The translations under genes were made by a program, and so were the position numbers. Below the pieces are notes generated by a model. The model was not told where the DNA came from, made no database searches, and saw nothing but the letters and a program-made list of their open reading frames with translations. DNA of 64,000 nt from Heterodontus francisci (taxonomy: Eukaryota), in assembly GCF_036365525.1 (NCBI RefSeq), contig NC_090399.1, forward strand, positions 51,926,430 through 51,990,429, read 5' to 3'. Below are positions 41,501 through 52,915 of the stretch, piece by piece (the first letter of the stretch is position 1; every line of letters begins with the position of its first letter).

Positions 41501-41641
41501 GGGCTGTGTGTTATTATATTTATATTATATTAATAATCCCGATCTCACTGGGGTCGGTGTGATGTTATTACAGGGAGTGCGGGCTGTGTGTTATTATATT
41601 TATATTATATTACTAATCCTGATCTCACTGGGGTCAGTGTG
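38515..41641. repeat. 80-bp minisatellite, ~39 highly similar copies, in intron 1
   Basis: Unit TGTTATTATATTTATATTATATTAATAATCCTGATCTCACTGGGGTCGGTGTGATGTTATTACAGGGAGTGAGGTCTGTG with period 80 (38551, 38631 ...). Two 79-bp units occur near 38992 and 39871. Confidence 0.98.
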
Positions 41642-42660
41642 CAGTTTTGATCTCCACATTTAAGAAAGGATATACTTGCATCAGAGGCAGTGCAGCAAAG
41701 TTTCACTAAGTTGGTCCCTAGGATGAGGGAGTTGCCCTTGAGAGGCTGAGTAAATTGAGCCTATATTCTCTGAGTTCAGAATATTGAGAGGCAATCTCAT
41801 TGAAACATACAAGATTCTGAAGGGGCTGGATACAGTAAACACTGAGAGATTGTATCCACTGGTTGGGGAATGTAAAGCATGCGGCACAGTTTCAGGACAA
41901 GGGGCCAATCATTTAGAACAGAGTACAGAACTTTAGTTAGGCCACACTTAGAATATTGCGTGCAATTCTGGTCGCCACACTACCAGAAGGACGTGGAGGC
42001 TTTGGAGAGGGTACAGAAGAGGTTTACCAGGATGTTGCCTGGTCTGGAGGACATTAGTTATGAGGAGAGGTTGGATTAACTCGGATTGTTTTCACTGGAA
42101 CGACGGAGGTGGAGGGGCGACATGATAGAGGTTTACAAAGTTATAAGTGGCATGGACAGAGTGGATAGTCAGAAGCTTTTTCCCAGGGTGGAAGAGTCAG
42201 TTATTATGGGACATAGGTTTAAGGTGTGAGGGGCAAAGCTTAGAGGGGATGTGCAAAGCAAGTTCTTTACACAGATGGTGGTGAGTGCCTGGAACTTGCT
42301 GCCGGGGGAGGTGGTGGAAGCAGGTACGATAGCGATGTTTAAGAGGCATCTTGACAAATACCTGAATAGGATGGGAATAGAGGGATACGGTCCCCGGAAG
42401 TGCAGAAGGTTTTAGTTTAGATAGGCATCAAGATCAGCGCAGGCTTGGAGGGCCGAATGGCCTGTTCCTGTGCTGTACTGTTCTTTGTTTTTTGTACTCA
42501 AGTATTCTAGCCTTGCCCTGCACCTCCTAGCATACATTACCCCCTTTGTCCCTAATCGGCCCCACCCACCTCTTACTATCCACTTACTATTTACATGGAT
42601 GATTTTTGGGCAGGAAAGTGGAGTTGAGCCTAAGATCAGCCATGACCATATTGAATATAA
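41635..42660 (+). mobile_element. Nested CR1 3' fragments: a younger HER1-like piece (~41919-42492) inside an older CR1
   Basis: [19 protein letters not shown]...; tail GGCCGAATGGCCTGTTCCTGTGCTGTACTGTTCTTTG. Confidence 0.85.
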
Positions 42661-42889
42661 TGATTTTTGGGTTCAGTTTTATGGTAACTGCCATTCTATT
42701 CTCATGTTCTGTCTTTGCCAGTTGTATTTTCCTAAAGGCTAACATCTACCTCATTGTGTTCAGTTCCTGCCCACTCTTTACCATGAAACTAAATCCTATT
42801 GTGTTCATTCTCTGTGTCCTGATTGGTGCTGAGGTGCAGACTTTACAAGATTACCTAATTCTCCTAATTCTACTGTGTAACAGTGCCCA

Positions 42890-43915
42890 CCTCTGCCCAA
42901 CCTCGCCCTCAGTGCTATTAACCCATGTATATACCCCTTGATCATTTCCTAACTTCATTGCAAGTGTCCTGATTCCACACTTCACAGACTGTAACTCATC
43001 CAAAATCATGCTGCCTGTATCCTATCCCTTGTTAACTCCCACCTTCCTCTTATGCCTGTCCTCATCATTTTCCACTGGCTTCCTGTCCCCCAGTACATTG
43101 ACTTCAAAATTCTTGTCCTTACCATAAGCCCTCTACAGCAGTGCCCTTCTCTGCCTCAGCAACCTCATTCATTCCTGTTTCTGCGCACACCCTCTGCTTG
43201 TCCAACCCTGGCCAACATTGCATCCTCTCTGCCCCTGCTCCAATTTTGATGCAAGGCCTTAGAAACATAGGAACATGCTGGATGGAAAAGACCAAGCTCC
43301 ATCGAGTCTGCCTTTTACTATCCTGGTAGTAACATGATACAATGATAATGGAGTTGTTGACTAATCATAACGATCAATCTCTATTAATTAGTCTACAACA
43401 GACCCAGACATGATGTGAGGAAAGTCCCAGTGATGGAGAGTTTTGGGATCCATACGTCCAAAGCCACCTGTTCCTCCCAAGCCTGTTACACTTATCACAT
43501 GTCATGGCTCAAATTACTCATAGACTGGATCCCAAAATGTTATGAAAGAAATCTACCAAATTTTCCTTCAACTGTCTTGTCCCCGTATTCTGAAATTCTA
43601 TCTCCAAACCTCTCCCCTTGCTTCCTCTCCCCTCTCATTTACAAGTCCCCTACGAACCTCCCTCCCTGATCTTGGTATCAGTAACGAGTTTGCCACTTTT
43701 TGCCACTACTTGGTTTCTAGGTATTTTAACCACTTCGGCATGTTTCATTAGATTAAAGCTGCTTTCAGTGCAGGTTGGAAATATATCGCCAAGTGTCCAG
43801 AACATCTGATTAACCACTACTTGGCTTCCAGTTATTTTCACCTCTGTGAAGCACTTTGGCATGTTTCATTAGATTAAAGGTACCATATCAGTGCAAGTTG
43901 TAAATATATTGTTAA
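42890..43915 (+). mobile_element. Old L2 LINE 3' remnants with a duplicated ~115-bp terminal segment
   Basis: LIQNHAA..HWLPVPQYIDFKIL motif. CCACTACTTGG...GGCATGTTTCATTAGATTAAAG occurs at ~43703 and again at ~43814. Confidence 0.65.
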
Positions 43916-44194
43916 AAGCAACTACCATCCTGACTATCTGATTAAGCACTTGCATACTGAATGGAACAAAACAGAATTTTTAAGAAGGGGTACCCTAACT
44001 AAGGTAACCTTGATCCTGCAACATTTAGGCGTTCAGAGGTATTTGTCCACTGGGCCAGTTTCACTCAATAAGATTAAGGATTAATTTATTAATTTAACAG
44101 AAAATAAGTTAGAAGGTGGAATTATGAAATGATTTTTAATTGGTATGCATACCAGGTGATATCTCTTTAAAATTCGGTCTATCCCTGTATTAAG

Positions 44195-44515
44195 ATGTGT
44201 TTTCTTCCTGTGTAATATCTGTTTATTCCTGTGTAATATGTGTCTATTCCTGTTTAATATGTGTCTATTCCTGTTTAATATGTGTCTATTCCTGTTTAAT
44301 ATCTCTGTTTATTCCTGTTTAATATCTCTGTTTATTCCTGTTTAATATCTCTGTTTATTCCTGTTTAATATCTGTGTTTATTCCTGTTTAATATCTGTGT
44401 TTATTCCTGTTTAAATATCGGTGTTTATCCCTGTTTAAATATCGGTGTTTATTCCTGTTTAAATATCGGTGTTTATTCCTGTTTAATATCGGTGTTTATT
44501 CCTGTTTAATATCGG
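44195..44515. repeat. 21-24 bp minisatellite (ATTCCTGTTTAATATCTCTGTTT), ~14 copies, ending ~100 bp before exon 2
   Basis: Direct tandem periodicity, with variants changing progressively along the array. Confidence 0.93.
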
Positions 44516-44619
44516 TGAATATCCCCATTGCATAATAATATTTTATTTTCCTGGGTGAATGCTACCAGTGAGGTTCAGTGAGTTATGTTTGATGCTGAGT
44601 TTCTCTCTCTCTCACACAG

Positions 44620-44868
44620 ACGAGCACGAAGAGTTCCAGGTCTATGTTGTGCAGGATCGCAGCCCGGATAAACAGTTTGATCTGGAGGTGGACGGGGATG
44701 AGGTTTTCTACATGGATTTCAATCTGAAGAAGGAGGTGGCGCGGATTCCCGACTTCCAGCACCTCACCATGCGGGCAGGAGAGGCGGGGATCTCAGCTCA
44801 AATGGCCATCGTGAAACAGAATTTAAATGTTTGGAAGAATCTATCGCACGCGCCCCCGGAACCGAAAA
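44620..44868 (+). CDS. DAA: MHC class II alpha chain exon 2 (alpha1 peptide-binding domain)
   Basis: Polypyrimidine tract plus CACAG acceptor (AG at 44618-44619). The 249-bp exon encodes (Y)EHEEFQVYVVQDRSPDKQFDLEVDGDEVFYMDFNLKKEVARIPDFQHLTMRAGEAGISAQMAIVKQNLNVWKNLSHAPPEPK and ends at a GTAAG donor (44869), phase 1. The DGDExFYxDF and R-x-P-x-F motifs are class IIA hallmarks. Confidence 0.96.
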
Positions 44869-45254
44869 GTAAGAGACTAAACCCCACCCCCGCCACTCTC
44901 ACCCGCGGGTGCAGTTAGTGTTCTGGGTAACCTGGGCTGGGCTTGAACCGTGAATCAGGGGGGCTTTGTGATAGAGAGGAGAGAGCAGGGCTGGAAGCTC
45001 ATTTTAGTGTCGAATATGTGCTGAACTTGTGAACACAGATTGAACCTAAAATAATGGTGAGGGTGAAGGAAATGACTTCGGTTTTCCCAGTGTTTATTTG
45101 ATCGAAATTAGGGCTCATCCAAGATTGAATGCTGTCAACCAATCTGACACCGCAGTGTATTGGCGAGGAGGGGTGGTGCTTTGTGTTTTACTAAATGTTT
45201 TAACAAACGGGGTCTGTACTTGGAAGGTTATACTGTAAATACCACTTGCATAGT

Positions 45255-48200
45255 TTTCATAGAATAACACAGCACTGGAGGAGGCCAATCGGCCCATCAA
45301 GTCTGTTCTTTCAAAGAGCAATCCAGTTAGTCCCACTCTCCTGCTCTTTCCCTATATATTTGCATTTTCTTATTTTTCAAATATTTATCCAATTCTCTTT
45401 TAAATGCTACCATTGAACCTACATCCATCACTCTATCAGGCAGTGTATTCCTGATCCTAACCATTCGTTGCATAGAAAGGTTTTTCCTCATGATGCCTCT
45501 TGTTCTTTTGCCACACACCTGAAATCTGTGCCCTTTGATTATCAGCCTTTCTGCCTTTGGAAACAGTTTCTCTTTATTTTCTCTATCTAAACACCTCTAT
45601 CAAATCTCCTCTCAGTCTTCTCTGTTGTAAGGAGGATAACCCCAGCTTCTCCAATCTATCCACATAGCTGTAATCTCTCATCCCTGGAATCATTCTAGTA
45701 AATCTCTTCTGTAACTTCTCCGTTCCCTCTAATTTATGTGGCTGTACGAATGCACAGCAATCCAGAACTCACTATGCAGGGGGCAAACAGGCCCTGCGCA
45801 AAGAAGCAGTTCCTTTAAGGTGTAAGCATGTGTAGTTATGCTGTAATCTTAAAGGGACCAAGCAATGCAACAAATGGGCTGCATCAGCAAAGGGAAATTA
45901 GAGAGGACATTGTGACCCTCTCCAAAGTCTTCATGTTCTTCCTAAAGTGTAGTGGGCAGAATTGGACATAATATTCTAGCTGGGGCCCGTTTTATTTAGG
46001 TTAGCAAAACTAGGTGGTTTTGCATTCTAAGGGGCTGAAATTGGGCTCAGTAGCACTCATTTTTTGGGTGGTACGAGTCCCCTTAGGGTTGCAATATGGC
46101 ATCCACAGCAAGCACACTTTATTCTTTCATGGGTCGTGGGCGTCGCTGGCTAAGCCAGCATTTGTTGCCCATCCGTAATTGCTCTTTACAAGGTGGCAGT
46201 GAGCTGCCTTCTTGAACTGCTGCAGTCCTTGAAGTGTAGGAACATCCACTTAAGAAGGAAGTTCCAGGATTTAGACCCAGCAGCAGTGAAGGAACGGCGA
46301 TATAGTTCCAGGTCAGGGTGGCATGTGGCTTGGAGGGGAACTTGCAGGTGGTGATGTTCCCATGCATCTGCTGCCCTTGTTCTTCTAGGTGGTAGAGGTC
46401 ACAGGTTTGGAGGGTGTTGTCAAAAGAGCCTTGATGAGTTGGAGCAGTGCATTTTGTAGATGGTACACACTGCTGCCACTGTGTGCCGGTGATGGAGGGA
46501 GTGAATGTTGAAGGTGGTGGACGGGGTGCCGATCAAGCAGGCTGCTTTGGCCTGTATGGTGTCGAGCTTCCTGAGTATTGTTGGAGCCGCACTCATCCAG
46601 GCAAGTGGACAATATTCCATCACACTCCTAACTTGTACCTTGTAGATGATGAACAGACTTTGGGGAATGAGGAGGTGAGTTACTCACCATAGAATTCCCA
46701 GCTTCTGACCTGCTCTAGTAGCCACAGTATTTGTATGGCTGGTCCCATTCAGTTTCTGCTCGATGGTGACACCCAGGATGTTGCTGATGCAAAGCGTGCC
46801 AGATGTAAAGGGGTTAGTGCACACAAACTTAATGTCGAATAGAATCATAGAAAGGTTACAGCATGGTAGGCGGCCAATCAGCCCTTTTATATCCGTGCCA
46901 GCTCTCTGCAACAGCAAATCAGCTAGTCCTACACCCCCACCTTTTCTTGATAGCCCTTCAAATTTCTTCTCTTTAGATGTTTATCCAATTCCCTTTTGAA
47001 AGCTACCACTGAATCTGCCTCCACCACACTCTCAGGCAGTGCATTCCAGATCATAAGCACTCACTGCATTTAAAAAAATCCTCATTTCACCTCTGGTTCT
47101 TTTGCCAATCACCTTAAATCAGTGTCCTCTGGTTCATGGAAACATCTTTTCTGTATCTACTCTGTCCAAACAACCATAGAATAATTATGGCACGGAAAGA
47201 GGCCATTCGGCCAGCCTGTCTGCGCCGGCCAAAAAAAAACTAGCCGCCCGATCTAATCCCACCTACCAGCACCTGGTCCATAGCTTTGCAGGTTACAGCA
47301 CTTCAGGTGCATGTCCAGGTACCTTTTAAGTGTTGAATGTTTCTGCCTCCACCACCGTTCCTGGCAGTGAATTCCAGACACCAACCACTCTCTGGGTGAA
47401 GATGTTTTTCCTCATGTCCCCTGTAATCCTCCTACCCATCTACTCTGTCTAAACACTTCATGATTTTGAATGCCTCAGTCAAATCTCTTCTCAACATTCT
47501 CTTCTCTAAAGAGAACAACCCCAGATTCTTCAATTTATTCAACTAATAAATTAATCCCTGGAATCATTTTCGTAATTCCTTTCTGGACTCTCTCGAAAGC
47601 CATCACATCCCTCCTAAAGTGCAGTGCCAAGAATTGCAGAAGCATGCAGATCATGACAACCATTAGCCACTTTGAAGCTCCGTGATCTAGCCAATTTTTT
47701 TAATGGGTTCGGGGGATGTGGGCGTCGCTGGCTAGACCAGCATTTATTGCCCATCTCTAATTCCAGCGACCCGGGTTCAATTCTGGGTACTGCCTGTGTG
47801 GAGTTTGCAAGTTCTCCCTGTGTCTGCGTGGGTTTCCTCCAGGAGCTCCGGTTTCCTCCCACATGCCAAAGACTTGCAGGTTGATAGGTTAATTGGCCAT
47901 TATAAATTGCCCCTCGTATAGGTAGGTGGTCGGGAAATATAGGGACAGGTGGGGATGTGGTAGGAATATGGGATTAGTGTAGGATTAGTATAAATGGGTG
48001 GTTGATGGTCGGCACAGACTCGGTGGGCCGAAGGGCCTGTTTCAGTGCTGTATCTCTAAACTAAACTAAACTAATTGCCCTTGAGAAGGTGGTGGTGAGC
48101 TGTCTTTTTGAACCGCTGCAGATCTTGGGCTGTAGGTGCACCCACAGTGCTGTTAGGAAGGGAGTTTCAGGATTTTTACCCAGTGACAATGAAGGAACGG

Positions 48201-48765
48201 CAATATAGTTCCGAGTCAGGATGATGTGTGACTTGGAGGGGAACTTGCAGGTGGTGGTGTTTCAATGCATCTGTTGCCCTTGTCCTTCTAGTTGGTCGAG
48301 GTCACGGGTTTGGAAGGTGCTGTCTAAGGAGCCTTGGTGAGTTGCTGCAGTGCATCTTGTAGATGGTGCACACTGCTGCCACTGTGCGTCGGTGGTGGAG
48401 GGAGTGAATGTTTGTAGATGGGTTGCCAATCAAGCGGGCTGCCTTGTCCTGGATGGTGTCGAATTTCTTGAGTGTTGTTGGAGCTGCACCAATCCAGGCA
48501 AGTGGTGAGTATTCCATCACACTCCTGACTTGTGCCTTGTAGATGGTGGACAGGCTTTGGGGAGTCAGGAGGTGTGTTACTCATGCAGGATTCCTAGCTG
48601 CTCTTGTAGCCACGGTATTTATATGGCTACTCCAGTTCATTTGGGTCAGTGGTAACCTTGATAGTTGGGGGGGGGGGTGGCGGTTCAGCGATGGTAATGC
48701 CTTTGAACATCATGGGGAGATGGTTGGATTACCTTTTCTTTGAGATGGTCATTGCCTGGCATTGT
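45255..48765 (-). mobile_element. Cluster of nested CR1 3' ends and two fragments (~46120-46790 and ~47700-48765) of a second CR1/L2-group LINE family
   Basis: CR1 tails at ~45260, ~46840 and ~47175. Fragments MEYSPLAW..APTTLKK.DTIQ.KAA.LIG. Confidence 0.8.
47762..48074 (+). mobile_element. HE1-like tRNA-derived SINE (5'-truncated); other copies at 58021-58223 and 62962-63300
   Basis: B-box GGTTCAATTC, conserved core TGTGTGGAGTTTGCAAGTTCTCCC, CR1-derived 3' end GGGCCGAAGGGCCTGTTTCAGTGCTGTATCTC and (TAAAC)n tail. Confidence 0.85.
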
Positions 48766-48879
48766 CTAGATCTGCACACTCTGCCGCAGGTGGGGTAGGT
48801 AGTGTTTGGTGAGGCGAGTGGATAGGATGCTCGAATTTCCAAATGCTCTTTCCGTTGTTTGGACTTGGTCACTGCCTGG

Positions 48880-50053
48880 TGCTACAAAGATTTTATTTTT
48901 GTACTAAAATCTTAAAATTCTGTGTGCTTTAAAAAGCTGGAAAAGGATTTTCAGTGGACATGGATACCTGAAAATAGCTGGAATTTTTGGAATAAAAACA
49001 AGAAATGCTGGAACCACTCAGCAGGTCTGGCAGCATCTGTGGAAAGAGAAGCAGAGTTAACGTTTCGGGTCAGTGACCCTTCTTCGGAACGGAGTTTTTG
49101 GATGTTGACTTTGTATACAAGAATAGGAAAGCTAGCAGTTTCAAGGAAGCCGGCCAGGGGTTTTTGACCTCCTCAAAGCAACACTTTAAATGACAGGGGA
49201 GACCTTGTGTCTGGTCATGTGATCAGCTCAGGAAGGTTTACTTTCACATTGGACTCTTTTTTTACAAGACCAGTGAGTTGGGCAAAGAGCATGCATTTGA
49301 AATTTGATTTCGACCTGCCTGGAGATCAAAGTGGAAGGCCAGAAAAAGTCCTCTCTCTGTAAAAGAGACTTGCATTTCTTGAAAAGAACTCCTTAATTTG
49401 AAAGGTGGCAGATTTCCAATGTCTCCCGTCTCTGAAGAATTCTTGCATCCAGTGTGGTAGAAACCTCCTGTGTTTTGGGAAATACTGGAACCTGAAGAGA
49501 GCTTCTATTGCTCCCCTGCAGCGGTGAGTCCTAAGTAGACTTGTTGCTACACTCCTGTTGAAAGACCTATGTGATGCCTGCTGTAGCCAAATTACCTTGA
49601 GCGCCTACCCATCACAAACTGTTCATCAACCTTGTCTAGCGAGACTTAGAGTGGCATTCGACTCTGGGATACCTCACCCAACCGAAGAATTTCTTACCTG
49701 AATGTGACAAACTGAATTATTTTCATGATTCATTTTTATTCCTATGAAACAGCTATAAATGAAAAATCCTTTTTCCCTGGTTAACCATTTTTTTAAATGT
49801 ATGTGTGTGTGCATGAGGGTGAGGGAAATAAGGAGTTTTCCATATATATAGATTTATCTCATTAGTGGTTAAGACTTTTTTTCTAATAAATAATGTTGGT
49901 GGTGGAAACCTGGTTAGTGTCCTTTATTCTGGGGAACAAATAGTGTATCTAGGTGGCTATTCTTCAGCAGGTGGGAAAATCTATTGATATGTTGTGACCC
50001 GTGGAGAAGTGGGACTGAATTAATAGTGCATTTCTCCCAGCTTGGTTGTAACA
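48880..50053. mobile_element. Solo LTR with 4-bp target-site duplication CTGG
   Basis: Starts TGCTACA and ends TGTAACA. CTGG lies at 48876-48879 and 50054-50057. The 3' end resembles the LTR end at ~59820-59901. Confidence 0.75.
48992..49090. mobile_element. Young ~100-bp Penelope-like fragment inserted into the solo LTR
   Basis: Near-identical to the left arm of the satellite insert. Flanked by GGAATTTTTGGA (48980-48991) and GGAGTTTTTGGA (49091-49102), a 12-bp TSD with one mismatch. Confidence 0.8.
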
Positions 50054-50059
50054 CTGGGC

Positions 50060-50760
50060 ATGTCAAAGTTGTTTGAACTGTCTGGCACCGTCACAAATGC
50101 TTCTTCTCCATTTTGGGTGGTCTCGGGCAAGAGATTCCCATGAATCAGTTGCTTGACTATATCATCGTCCCAGCGAAGGAACGCAAGGATGTTTGCATCA
50201 CCCGTGCCATGATTGGAGCCAATGACTGCTGAACCAACCATCGCCTAATCCGAGCTACTATCTCCATAAACCCAGCACAAAAACGGCATTGGCAGCAGAA
50301 GCAGTACAATAGGAAAATAAATATCGATGGTATCAAGGACTCTGCAAAGAAAGACTGACTCAGGCAGCAACTTACAAGCAACTTGGCAACACTCAATAAG
50401 CAGGAACCACAGAATGTCCACAATGCCTTGTCTACCCTCGATGCTACCATCATCAGCACTTGCGAAGATACTCTTAATTTCTGGACCAAGGAACATCAAG
50501 ACTGGCTTGCCAAGAACAACCAGGAGATTGCAAGCGCAAGGTGTTCCTGAACTGGAAGCATCATTAAAATTCGAGGGGGGAGAAAAAGCAGGTATACAGA
50601 CAATTGAAGGCCGAGGTTCAGCAAAAAACCCGTGACCTAAAGAACAGCTGGTGGGCTGGAAGAACGCAGAAAGTACAGCGACTCACTGACAGCTACGACA
50701 TGTGTGAATTCTTCAGCACAGTCAAGTCTATTTGCGGCCCAAGTACCCAAGGACCTAGGA
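50060..50760 (+). mobile_element. Decayed RTE-clade LINE fragment
   Basis: Hand translation near 50635-50740 gives LKNSWWAGRTQKVQRLTDSYDMCEFFSTVKSICGP, resembling the RTE EN-RT linker. Confidence 0.55.
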
Positions 50761-52195
50761 CACTACCCTGAGGAACTCCTGAACTGATGTGCTGGGACAG
50801 ATGATTGACCTCTAACAACCACAACCATCTTCCTTTGTGTTAAGTATGATTCCAACCAGCGGAGAGTTTTTCCCTCGATTCCCATTGACTTCAGTTTTGC
50901 TAGGGCTCCTTGATACCATACTCGGTCAAATGCTGCTTTGATGTCAAGGGCAGTCACTCTTGCCTCACCTTGCTTCAGCCTTATCTTTTGCACTGGTGTG
51001 CTGGGCTCCCCCATTGTTGAGGATGGGGATATTTGTGGAGCCTCCTCCTCCTCCAGTTAGTTGTTTAATTGTCCACCACCATTGACAACTGGATGTGGCA
51101 GGAATGCAGAGCTTAGATCTGATCTGTTGCTTGTGGGATCGCTTAGCCCTGTCTGTTGCATGCTGCTTGTGGTGTTTGCCACACAAGTAGCCCTGTGTTG
51201 TAGCTTCACTAGGTTGATACCTCATTTTGAGGTATGCCTGGTGCTGCTCCTGGCATGCCCTCCTGCACTGTTCTTTGAACCAGGGTTGGTCTCCCGGCTT
51301 GATGGTAATGGTAGAGTGAGGGATATGCCGGGCTGAGGTTACAGATTGTGGTTGAATATAATTCTGCTGCTGCTGATGGCCCACTGTGCCTCAATATGAA
51401 GACAGGACTTCATCTCCACAAGGACTGTGCGTTGGTCACTCCTACCAATATTGTCATGGACAGATGCATCTGCTACAGGTAGATTGGTGAGGACGAGGTC
51501 AAGTATGTTTTTCCCTCTTGTTGATTCCCTCACCATCTGCCGCATACCCAGTCTAGCAGCTATGTCCTTTAGCACTCGGCCAGCTCGGTCAGTAGTGGTG
51601 CTACCGAGCCATTCTTGTTGATGGACATTGAAGTCCCCCACCCAGAGTACATTCTGTGCCCTTGTTACCCTCAGTGCTTCTTCCAATTGGTGTTTAACAT
51701 GGAGGAGTACTGATTCATCAGCTGAGGGAGGGCGGTGGGTGGTAATCAGCAGGAAGTTTCCTTGTCCATGTTTGACCTGATGCCATGAGACTCATGGGGT
51801 CTGAAGTCAATGTTGAGGACTCCCAGAGCAACTCTCTCCCGAAAGCATACCACTGTGCCCCCACCTCTGCTGAGTCTGTCCTGCCGGTGGGACAGGACAT
51901 ACCAGGGGATGGTGATGGTGTTATTTGTAACGTATTATTCGGTGAGTATAACTATGTCAGGCTGTTGCTTGACTAGTCTGTGGGACAGCTCTCTCAATTT
52001 TGGCACAAGCCCCCAGATGTTAGTAAGGAGAACTTTGCAGGGTCGACTGAGCTGGGTTTACCGTTGTCGTTTCCGGTATCTAGATCGATGCCGGGTGGTC
52101 CGTCCAGTTTCATTGCTTTTCTTAGACTTCGTAGTGGTTTGATACAACTGAGTGGCTTGCTAGGCCATTTCAGAGGGCATTTTAGAATCAACCAC
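50760..52195 (-). mobile_element. Internally deleted CR1/L2-group LINE (endonuclease and RT pieces)
   Basis: VGDFNVH, TRGKNILDLVLT, DQPWF, ALDIKAAFDRVW. Confidence 0.8.
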
Positions 52196-52446
52196 ATTTC
52201 TCTGTATATCTCTCTTTCATTCAATTCGTTCTTCTGCGATGGTGACATTCGCTGCTGTTCTGCCTCCTCCAACTGCAGTCTTCTCTGTATTAGCATGTTG
52301 TGCAACATGGAGAACAACTACAATGATGCAGACTTTCTCTTAAAAAAAAAAGTGGGGGTTTAAAATGACAATGCACAGGAATCAATTAAGAACAGGGCAG
52401 TAAATAATCCCCATAGGTTGTAACTGCCTGCCTACCACATTCCCCC

Positions 52447-52915
52447 GGGTGGCGTAGTGGTAATGTTACTGGACTAGTAATCCAGAGGCCAGGCTACTGC
52501 TCAGAGGACCTGGGTTCAAATCCCACCACGGCAGATGATGAAATTTGAATTCAACTAATAATTCTGGAATTGAAAGCTAGCCTAATTATGACCATGAAAT
52601 CATTGATTGTTGTAAAAATCAATCTGATTCACCAATGTCCTTGAGGGAAGGAAATCTGCCATCCTTACCTGGTCAGGCAGGTAATGTGGTTGACTCTTAA
52701 AATGCCCTCTGAAATGGCCTAGCAAGCCAGTCAGTCAGGAACGCTGGAGTAGGCCATTCAGCCCATTAAGCCTGCCCTGCCATTCAATACGATCATGGCT
52801 GATCACCCACTTCAATGCCTTTTTCCCTCAATAGGGGTGGGAAAGGGTAATTAGGACTGGGCAATAAATTCTGGCCTAGCCAGCGACGCCCACATCCCAC
52901 AAAACAAATTTTAAA
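52447..52915 (+). mobile_element. tRNA-derived SINE sharing its 3' end with the CR1/L2-group LINE family at 46120/47700/63740
   Basis: A box GTGGCGTAGTGG, B box GGTTCAAATCC. The 3' end GGGCAATAAAT.CTGGCCTAGCCAGCGACGCCCACATCCC is the reverse complement of the LINE end at ~47712-47752. Confidence 0.75.

Noticed and set aside
44559-44619. N-terminal extension of the ORF-track call 44559-44918 (and of 59920-60285)
   Set aside because: This is intronic read-through. Clear splice acceptors and donors delimit the real exons.
52447-52530. tRNA gene-like A and B boxes (also at 62962-63020)
   Set aside because: They continue into SINE bodies and LINE-derived tails, with no complete cloverleaf or terminator.
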